Assembly: GCA_950097015.1 (NCBI GenBank) | Contig: CATNEN010000027.1 | Location: 248,001-312,000 of the forward strand | DNA: 64,000 bases | DNA from: Macrostomum hystrix | Lineage: Eukaryota > Animalia > Platyhelminthes | Direction: 5' to 3' | Shown here: positions 52,476 to 62,854 of the stretch, in pieces | Layout of the letters: the number at the start of each line of letters is the position of its first letter | How positions within the stretch are numbered: the stretch's first letter is position 1 | Program-made: the position numbers and the translations under genes | The notes under the pieces: model-generated | Told to the model about the DNA's origin: nothing | Databases searched by the model: none | The model's input: only the letters and a program-made list of their open reading frames with translations

Positions 52476-52864
52476 CTGGCCGGCCGCGAGCTGTCACAGC
52501 ACCATCAGCATCGACCCAGTCAGCACCATCAGAACATGGCCCAGTCGGCACCTTTCTCGCCTTAACACCAAAACACAGTGTAACACTAAAAGTGTTTTTT
52601 GGTTTTTGCATTGTTAAATGTTATATATTTTCAAAGTGCGAAAATGTTCCCATTTCCATCATTTCAAATGGATTGTCCCATTTCATAAATAGTTACGATT
52701 TCCACGTATCAGGAAAGCGAAATCCGCTCTACAAAGCTAATTTTTATTTCTAAAGAAATCGAATGATTTCTTTATTACAATATGCACTTTTGTAAAAAAA
52801 ATTTTTAATTTTAGCATAATTCCGCAAACTGTGTCAATTTCCACAATTCCTATCAATAGACGCG

Positions 52865-52870
52865 AATAAA
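52865..52870 (+). other. Candidate nanos polyadenylation signal AATAAA
   Basis: About 390 bp after the stop, at the end of an AT-rich 3' region. Confidence 0.4.
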
Positions 52871-52999
52871 TTCTTGCAGCTTGAGTCCTTGACAGACAAA
52901 TGTGCCGGAGACCATTGCCGTGCTGTTGCGTGCACAATGATACAATGATTTTGCTTTCACTCTCATCGTCTGTTCAGCAAACAGGCCCTACACATGTGA

Positions 53000-53330
53000 A
53001 GATGAGACAGCGGAAGACATAAGATAAAGAAGAGATGAGACAGGGGCGAAATGAGGTAGTGGAGAGATGAGGCATTGGAGAGATGAGGCAGGGAATAGAT
53101 GTGACAGAAAAAAAGAGTAAGGGGAGAGATGAGACAGGGGAGATGAGGCAGTGGAGAGGTGAGACAGGGGAGAGATGAGACAGGGAATAGATGTGACAGA
53201 AGAAATGAGTAAGGGGAGAGATGAGACAGGGGAGATGAGGAAGGGGAGAGATGAGACAGGGAAGAGATGAGACAGGGGAGAGATGAGACAGGGGAGAGAT
53301 GAGACAGGGGAGAGATGAGACAGAGGAGAG
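53000..53330. repeat. GAGATGAGACAGGG satellite, reverse complement of the 12500-14710 family
   Basis: Direct reading. Confidence 0.85.
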
Positions 53331-55911
53331 TTGGTTTTATAAGGGGCCAGACTAATGAGCTACGACAGCCACATCTAGCCTGTTGACCTGGGGATGGGGA
53401 CCCCGAGAATTCCGCAATAGAACATTGGATACAACAATTTAATAAAGGATTCCGCAATAGGATTCGAATTTACACAATGGCAAAATGCATGGCGTATTTT
53501 CGATGTCAAATGAAATTGAATTCTGAAATTGCTGCAATTGTCGGTTCTCAGTTGTCAGTTGATTCCTGAATAATATTTTAAGTTCTGAGTGTGACGTAAG
53601 TTTATCAGAACGGGATATTTGTCCCAGCATGGCCACGGCACTGAGGATGACTGTAGGCACGTGTACGGTTCGCACATTGAGGACTTTGGAATCCCATCAA
53701 TCTGTTTGAGCTCTGTTGCGCAATGCAGGTGTAAAAAGCAGAAAAGCTGCACGGATCACACCAACGGCCCTCTGACTGACTGTGCAAAGCAATGTCCATC
53801 TTTCCTTGCATTGGCTTCAGTTTGCTGAGTTTCACACAATGCCAACTCACTGACCTGCGTGGCGAAGGTAGGCAGTGCTCAGAGCTGAGTCTCTGTTCTC
53901 AAGGCCGAGCTGTGTGTGGGGTCCGCCTCCCCATGGCAACCGAGATGCACTGGGGTCGGAGAGAGCACCAGAAGCTGCAGCTGGCTCCAGCTGTGTGAGC
54001 AGAGGAATCCGCGGTCTCTGGCCCTTGAGCTGTGAGCACAGTGAGTAGAGTGTGACGTAAGTTCTAACAGCCGAACCGTTGCCGAGCGGCTCGGGGATTT
54101 GAGCATTCGCTGCTCACACAGGTGGCTGCAGCTGGAGAGAGCGCTGCGAGATCATCTCAAACCCTCCGAGTCTCTGGGCCAGTGGTTGCCACACAGGTGG
54201 CTGCAGCTGGAAATGCAGTCTCTCGATCTGTGCTATCTCTACCCCCACAGTTGCTAGGCGATTTGGTGGGGTCCCGCTTTGGTACCGTTGCAAAACTCGG
54301 GGATTTGAGCATTCGCTGCTCACACAGGTGGCTGCAGCTGGGTGAGCAGTCTCTCTGTCTCGCTTCTACTACTATACGTGTTCCCCTCAGTTCCTAAAGC
54401 AGTTGCTATGCGGTTTGGTGGGGTCCCGCCTGGTGCCGTTGCAAAACTTTGCCCAGTTGAATTAGTGATGTGAGAATTGGTGGATCGCTCCGCAGTTGTA
54501 AATTTAGTTGCTAACCGGCATTGGGCTAACCGTTTCCATCTAGTTGTGCACCGCTCAACATCCATGAGCATATTCTGAGCCGCACAGGCTAGCAAAACTG
54601 TTTACCAACTGCATGGATTGGCGACTTGGCAGGATTCACTGGCATTTGCTGGCATTTTTAGGGCATTGGGGATTCTCAAGGCTTTTAGGATTTTAAATAG
54701 ATTTGGGATTCTTGATGGATTTGGGATTCTAGATAGATTTGGGATTCTAGATAGATTTGGGATTCTAGATTGATTTGGGATTTCGCATTCTAAAATGATT
54801 TAGCATTTTAAATAGGTTAAGAATTCTAAATTGATTTAGGATTATAATTAAATTTGGAATTCTAAATGGATTTTGGATTCGAAATGGATTTAGGATTCTA
54901 AAAGGATTTGGGATTCTAAACTGATTTAGGCTTCTAGTTGATTTAGGTTTCTAAATGGATTTGGGATTCTACTTCGTAGTTGGATTAGGGATTTGGAATT
55001 TGGGATTCAAAATGGATTTGGGATTCTAGTTGGATTAGGGAATGTAGATAGATTTGGGATTCTAGATATATTTGGGATTCTAGATAGATTTGGGATTCTA
55101 GATAGATTTGGGATTCTAGATAGATTTGGGATTCTAGATAGATTTGGGATTCTAGATAGATTTGGGATTCTAGATAGATTTGGGATTCTAGATAGATTTG
55201 GGATTCTAGATAGATTTGGGATTCTAGATAGATTTGGGATTCTAGATAGATTTGGGATTCTAGATAGATTTGGGATTCTACATAGATTTGGGATTCTAGA
55301 TGGATTTGGGATTCTAGATGGATTTGGGATTCTAGATGGATTTGGGATTCCTGTGCAATCGCAACGCTCACAAGAAAACCGGTTTGCCAGACTCGCCCAT
55401 TGTCCAGTTGCCAGCCCAAAAGTACTTCGAGACGCCTCAGACATCTAATTATCTTATCAGTGACGCATTGGGAGAGGCCGCAGACTTTGAGGCGCCACTC
55501 AGCGTGGGCGGGTCTTGTCCACAGTTGCATGGCAAATCCTGGCCGCCCACCCCACCTCCGCAAGGTTGCTTCGAGCTTTAGATCCCAGATTACCAATTGA
55601 TTCCTACTCCCGACTCATGAACGATTTGATGGCATTGTTGACAAATGACTAAAAAAGCACTGCTTGAGAACAGTCTTTGTTGACTTACACTTGTTAGAGG
55701 CGTCTTTATTGGAGACTCAAATTTGGTGTTTGCATACACACACTGAGTTCTCTTGTTCTGTGAAGCCAAATTATGAATGGGATAATTAAGAATGGATCGG
55801 CATTCGGCATATTAAGAATGCAGGAAGGAATATTAATATTAAGGAATGAATATTTTCCAGATGGGATTAATCCCATGTCAGGATTCTTTGGGATTATCCT
55901 ATTATTGAGCT

Positions 55912-57670
55912 GCCATCTCACAGGATATTATCCCACAGAAATCAGCTATTCTCATCCTACATCTCACTGGATATTATCCCACAGAAATCAGCTATTCTAA
56001 TCCCACATCTCACTGGATATTATCCCACAGAAATCAGCTATTCTCATCCTACATCTCACAGGATATTATCCCACAGAAATCAGCTATTCTAATCCCACAT
56101 CTCACTAGATATTATCCCACAGAAATCAGCTATTCTCATCCCACATCTCACTGGATATTATCCCACAAAAATCAGCTATTCTCATCCTACATTTCACTGG
56201 ATATTATCCCACAGAAATCAGCTATTCTCATCCTACATCTCACTGGATATTATCCCACAGAAATCAGCTATTCTCATCCTACATCTCACTGGATATTATC
56301 CCACAGAAATAAGCTATTCTCATCCTACATCTCACTAGATATTATCCCACAGAAATCAGCTATTCTCAATCCACATCTCACTGGATATTATCCCACAGAA
56401 ATAAGCTATTCTCATCCTACATCTCACTGGATATTATCCCACAGAAATCAGCTATTCTCATCCCACATCTCACTGGATATTATCCCACAGAAATCAGCTA
56501 TTCTCATCCTACATCTCACTGGATATTATCCCACAGAAATCAGCTATTCTCATCCTACATCTCACTGGATATTATCCCACAGAAATAAGCTATTCTCATC
56601 CCACATCTCACTGGATATTATCCCACAGAAATCAGCTATTCTCATCCTACATCTCACTGGATATTATCCCACAGAAATCAGCTATTCTCATCCTACATCT
56701 CACTGGATATTATCCCACAGAAATAAGCTATTCTCATCCTACATCTCACTGGATATTATCCCACAGAAATCAGCTATTCTCATCCCACATCTCACTGGAT
56801 ATTATCCCACAGAAATCAGCTATTCTCATCCTACATCTCACTGGATATTATCCCACAGAAATAAGCTATTCTCATCCTACATCTCACTGGATATTATCCC
56901 ACAGAAATCAGCTATTCTCATCCCACATCTCACTGGATATTATCCCACAGAAATCAGCTATTCTCATCCTACATCTCACTGGATATTATCCCACAGAAAT
57001 CAGCTATTCTCATCCTACATCTCACTGGATATTATCCCACAGAAATAAGCTATTCTCATCCCACATCTCACTGGATATTATCCCACAGAAATCAGCTATT
57101 CTCATCCTACATCTCACTGGATATTATCCCACAGAAATCAGCTATTCTCATCCCTCATCTCACTGGATATTATCCCACAGAAATCAGCTATTCTCATCCT
57201 ACATCTCACTGGATATTATCCCACAGAAATCAGCTATTCTCATCCTACATCTCACTGGATATTATCCCACAGAAATAAGCTATTCTCATCCTACATCTCA
57301 CTGGATATTATCCCACAGAAATAAGCTATTTTTATCCTACATCTCACTGGATATTATCCCACAGAAATAAGCTATTCTCATCCTACATTTCACTAGACAT
57401 TATCCCACAGAAATAAGCTATTCTCATCCTACATCTCACTGGATATTATCCCACAGAAATCAGCTATTCTCATCCTACATCTCACTGGATATTATCCCAC
57501 AGAAATAAGCTATTCTCATCCTACATTTCACTAGACATTATCCCACAGAAATAAGCTATTCTCATCCTACATCTCACTGGATATTATCCCACAGAAATCA
57601 GCTATTCTCATCCTACATCTCACTAGACATTATCCCACAGAAATCAGCTATTCTCATCCTACATTTCACT
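55912..57670. repeat. 46-bp satellite, inverted copy (~38 units)
   Basis: Reverse complement of the same monomer. Confidence 0.95.
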
Positions 57671-59639
57671 AGATATTATCCTCAAACATCCTCAAACAAA
57701 CTGTCCTAAACCGAATTAAAAAATCCTACTTTAGTTTTTCACTTTTCTGCCAACGAAGTCCATAGGATTGATATCACGGGGACAGTCACTTGTCTTCCCT
57801 GTTGTGAGTCTTTGTCCTGTGTGTGCGGTGCATTGCGGCAAGTCTTGCAGTCCTGAACTTTTGCATGTGACAGAAGAAACAATCAGTGGCTTCTGCCTCA
57901 GTGACTGTCAAGACTCCGACACTCTTTGATTTATTGCCGACAAGCGAGGAGGAGTTCGCGCTGAAGATTCTCCTGGGTGGTCGGCCGGAGGTGGGGTGGG
58001 CAGTTACTCAGCGCTGGCAAGACACGACACCCTGCGTGTCTGCGGAAGTCTGCGGCCTCTTCCCAAAGTAACTTTATTGTGGGAGGCTTTAGGAGGCCAC
58101 AGAGTAATTCTGAGCTGGGCAATGCGAGGGAATTTGGGGAAGTCAAGAATATTTTATTTTTTAATAACGATCCCATTGCAAACTGAAACACTTTGCCTTG
58201 ACATTCAGCTCAACTGGATGGGGAGGGATGGGAAGGGATGGGAAGGGATGGGAAGGGATGGGAAGGGATGGGAAGGGATGGGAAGGGATGGAAAGCGATG
58301 GGGAGGGATGGGAAGCGATGGGAAGGGATGAGAAGGGGATGGGAAGGGATGGGAAGGGATGGGAAGGGATGGGAAGGGATGTGAAGGGGATGGGAAGGGA
58401 TGGGAAGGGATGGGAAGGGATGGGAAGGGATGGGAAGGGATGGGAAGGGATGGGAAGCGATGGGAAGGGATGTGAAGGGGATGGGAAGGGATGGGAAGGG
58501 ATGGGAAGCGATGGGAAGGGATGGGAAGCGATGAGAAGGGATGGGAAGGGATGGGAAGGGATGGGAAGGGATGGGAAGCGATGGGAAGGGATGGAAAAGG
58601 ATCGGAAGGGAAGTGAATGGATTGTAACGGATGTTAGGGAATAAGATGCGAAGGATTGGGGAACGGATAGGGAGGGTTTAGAAATAAAGCTAAATTTTGA
58701 CAATGCTGGATGGTAACGGGATGGGAAGTGAATGGATGGAAAGATGTGAATGTATGGTGGGCTATGGGAATGCCATTTCGTTGCAAAACTCTGGGATTCG
58801 AGCATTCGCTGCTCACACAGGAAGCTGCTGCTGGGTGAGCTGTCTCTCTGTCTGGCTTCTACTTCTAGACGTGTTCCCCTCAGTTCCTAAAGCAGTTGCT
58901 ATGCGATCAGTTCTTTACTGAAGACACTATTATGATTAAATTGTTCGTAAAATTATTAAAGCACATAATTTGCACTTGCCAATAGCAAAAAATACATGCA
59001 ACTATCTGTGTTAAACAGTTAAACAGTTAAACGAACTCATATGCACCAGCTTTAGCCGGCTTTTATCGATCCACATTAGATATAATATGTCAGAATGTCA
59101 GATCAGAATGTCATTTGCATTTGCATTGTTAACAACCGCAGTGAAACTGTACAAAACATTTCTGAGACGCCTCAGAACGCCCACCCCTCCTCCACTTCGA
59201 AATTCTGCTATTCTCTTCTTCCGTCATCCAGATTCTGTTTCTAACCGGTGGCAAATTGTACAGTTGAATGAGCAGTTTTCGTATCGCTACTCACTTTAGA
59301 CTGTGTTTCGATGTCTAGTTGAAGCAATTCAGCAACTATAGAGGGCCTGTTTCATTCTGGCCCATGCATATACAGATAGGCATTGGCACTGCTTCATTTT
59401 CCTAATCCTAAGCTTGAGGGATGCAGTCTTTGTTCAAAGCATAGAGTTGTTTAACTTGAGCTTCTCGGTTTCACAGTCTTACACAGTTGATGATATTGTG
59501 CCTTGCAGTCTCAACGCCTTAACTTGTGGCTCAGTGGCAGTTCTTTGCATCTTAAAGAATAAGCGAAATTCAGAGATAAGGATTCATATTATAGGCATTA
59601 TACGGCTGGCTCAGTTTGTGCTATTAAATTAAATTCTGT

Positions 59640-59830
59640 TTAAATTTCGCCCCTGCGTTCAGCCAGCGGTTCCGCGGCCGCGTAGGAGGGTGTGAAATGG
59701 AAGCCACCCACCCCCTCCCTGACACCCCTCTGGGTGCGCGATCTTCGAATCAGACGAGTCGCTTCCCCTGCACTGGCTAACGGAGGAAGGCCACCCCAGC
59801 CCAAATCCAAGTCATTAAATAGGCGCCCGA
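59640..59830 (+). promoter_or_regulatory. Putative ZFP36-like promoter (GC-rich island with CACCC boxes and TATA-like ATTAAATA); same sequence at ~33430-33620 and ~42650-42840 on -
   Basis: CpG-rich patch 100-300 bp upstream of the ATG inside AT-rich flanks, near-identical in all three copies; function inferred. Confidence 0.45.
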
Positions 59831-59933
59831 GATGTCTTGACTCTTGAAACAGTTCAAGGTTCCAGGCTCAATTTGATTCAACACTCGCTTATCCTAGCCT
59901 ACTGCTAACTGCTATTTATCGATCCCTGCAGAA

Positions 59934-62854
59934 ATGCTCCAATTTGCATTTGGTAGCTCAGCATCCGATTCTGGCTTCACTCCATCGGTAAGTGATAACG
60001 GTTGCTCATTTTTGCCATTTTTGGCCTCCACTATTTCCTGATTTCTGATCACAAATGTTTTTCTTCTGTTTCAATCAGTCTCTCCTCGCTTATACTTACA
60101 CTTCACCTGCTTCTCGCCATTCTGCAGTCGCCCGGTGATGTCTCAGCGAGTTCGCTATCGCCACTGTCCAGCAGCGGCCTCGACTGGCAATTGTTGAGCA
60201 CTGAGCTCCACACAGCAACGGTCAAAGCACTTCCAGCTGAGCCTGAACTGGCCTTCGTGACCGCTCTGCAGTGCCTGAGGTCTATCGACATTGAGCTTCA
60301 GGTGAGTTTTCCCTGTATCAGCAACTCCAGTTTATTCCTCATAGTGTATCAGCAACTCCAGTTTATTCCTCATAGTTTATCAGCAACTCCAGTTTATTCC
60401 TCACAGTTTATCAGCAACTCCAGTTTTTGCTCACAGTTTATCAGCAACTCCAGTTTATCAGCAACTCCAGTTTATCAGCAACTCCAGTTTATCAGCAACT
60501 CCAGTTTATCAGCAACTCCAGTTTATCAGCAACTCCAGTTTATTCCTCATAGTGTATCAGCAACTCCAGTTTATCAGCAACTCCAGTTTATTCCACACAG
60601 TTTATCAGCAACTCCAGTTTATTTCCCACAGTTTATCAGCAACTCCAGTTTATTCCTCATCGTGTATCAGCAACTCCAGTTTATCAGCAACTCCAGTTTA
60701 TTCCTCATAGTGTATCAGCAACTCCAGTTTATTGCTCACAGTTTATCAGCAACTCCAGTTTATTGCTCACAGTTTATCAGCAACTCCAGTTTATTGCTCA
60801 CAGTTTATCAGCAACTCCAGTTTATTGCTCACAGTTTATCAGTAACTTCAGGTTATTCCTCACAGTTTATCAGCAACTCCAGTTTATTGCTCACAGTTTA
60901 TCAGCAACTCCAGTTTATTGCTCACAGTTTATCAGCAACTCCAGTTTATTGCTCACAGTTTATCAGCAACTCCAGTTTATTGCTCACAGTTTATCAGCAA
61001 CTCCAGTTTATTGCTCACAGTTTATCAGCAACTCCAGTTTATTGCTCAGTTTATCAGCAAATTTTCCATCCGCCTGCAGAGCTTTGAGCAGTTCTCATTG
61101 GCCAGCAGTGACAGCTCATTCAAGGCAGGTCATCAAGCTGAGCAAAGTATCGCCGCTTCGGCCACGGCTGTCGGCCTGGACTCAGCGAAGGTGAGTTGTG
61201 CTCCCAATCTGAGACTCAAGTGCTTTTCCCTCGGTTTCTACAGTTGCTATTGGGCCCTTCCTTTGGACTTCTAGTCTGTCCCTTGGGTTTTACTCTGCCC
61301 TTGGGTTCTAGTCTGCCCTTGGGTTTTAGTCTGCCCTTGGGTTTTAGTCTGCCCTTGGGTTTTAGTCTGCCCTTGGGTTTTAGTCTGCCCCTTGGGTTTT
61401 AGTCTGCCCTTGGGTTTTAGTCTGTCCCTTGGGTTTTAGTCTGCCCCTTGGTTTTAGTCAGTCCCTTGGGTTTTAGTCTGCCCTTGGGTTTTAGTCTGCC
61501 CTTGGGTTTTAGTCTGCCCCTGGGTTTTAGTCTGCCCTTGGGTTCTAGTCTGCCCTTGGGTTTTAGTCTGCCCTTGGGTTTTAGTCTGCCCTTGGGTTCT
61601 AGTCTGCCCTTGGGTTTTAGTCTGCCCCTGGGTTTTAGTCTGCCCTTGGGTTCTAGTCTGCCCTTGGGTTTTAGTCTGCCCTTGGGTTCTAGTCTGCCCT
61701 TGGGTTTTAGTCTGCCCTTGGTTTTAGTCTGCCCCTTGGGTTTTAGTCTGCCCCTTGGGTTTTAGTCTGCCCCTTGGTTTTAGTCTGCCCCTTGGGTTTT
61801 AGTCTGCCCTTGAGTATTACTCTGCCCTTGGGTTCTAGTCTGCTCAGTTTGAGTAATCATGGCTCTACTCCTCTTCCTTCAGTTGCGCTCGTCGTCAGCT
61901 TTGTCGACTTCTTTGCCTTCGCCGTCGAGGTCAGGGCTTCTGAAGGCCGCCCAGCGTGTCCGAATGGCGTCTGGTGGCCTGAAATTCAAGACTGAACTGT
62001 GCAGAAGCTTTCAGGTGAGCACAAAAGCACTGTTTATCCCTGACCCAGTGTGTGTTTATCCCTGACCCAGTGTGTGTTTGTCCCTGACCCAGTGTGTGTT
62101 TATCCCTGACCCAGTGTGTGTTTATCCCTGACCCAGTGTGTGTTTATCCCTGACCCAGTGTGTGTTTATCCCTGACCCAGTGTGTGTTTATCCCTGACCC
62201 AGTGTGTGTTTATCCCTGACCCAGTGTGTGTTTATCCCTGACCCAGTGTGTGTTTATCCCTGACCCAGTGTGTGTTTATCCCTGTCCCAGTGTGTGTTTA
62301 TCCCTGTCCCAGTGTGTGTTTATCCCTGACCCAGTGTGTGTTTATCCCTGACCCAGTGTGTGTTTATCTCTGACCCAGTGTGTGTTTGTCCCTGTCCCAG
62401 TGTGTGTTTATCCCTGACCCAGTCTGTTTATCCCTGACCCAGTCTGTTTATCCCTGACCCAGTGTGTGGTTTTATCCCTGACCCAGTCTGCTTATCACTG
62501 AACCAGTCTGTTTATCCCTGACCTAGTCTGTTTATCCCTGACCCAGTCTGTTTATCCCTGACCCAGTCTGTTTATCCCTGACCCAGTCTGTTTATCCCTG
62601 ACCTAGTGTGTGTTTATTCCTGCCTAAGCTGACCAGCGAGTATAAGCTACAAAGGATACTGTACAGTCCCTACAACCCCACACCGACAGGACAGCGGCTG
62701 CTGCGAGTACGCCGAGCACTGCCAGTTCGCCCACGGTCGGCAGGAGTTGCGCAACAGGCCGGATCGGCACCGCCTGTTCAAAACGGAGCAGTGCCGCGCC
62801 TTCCACGGCGAAGGTGTCTGCCGCTACGGCAGCCGCTGCCACTTCATTCACTAG
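59934..62854 (+). CDS. zfp36-like: TIS11/ZFP36-family tandem CCCH zinc-finger protein, copy 3 (inverted; 211 aa)
   Basis: Exons 59934-59987 ([18 protein letters not shown]), 60128-60301, 61080-61190, 61883-62014 (..[13 protein letters not shown]), 62690-62854 ([41 protein letters not shown]). Confidence 0.92.
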
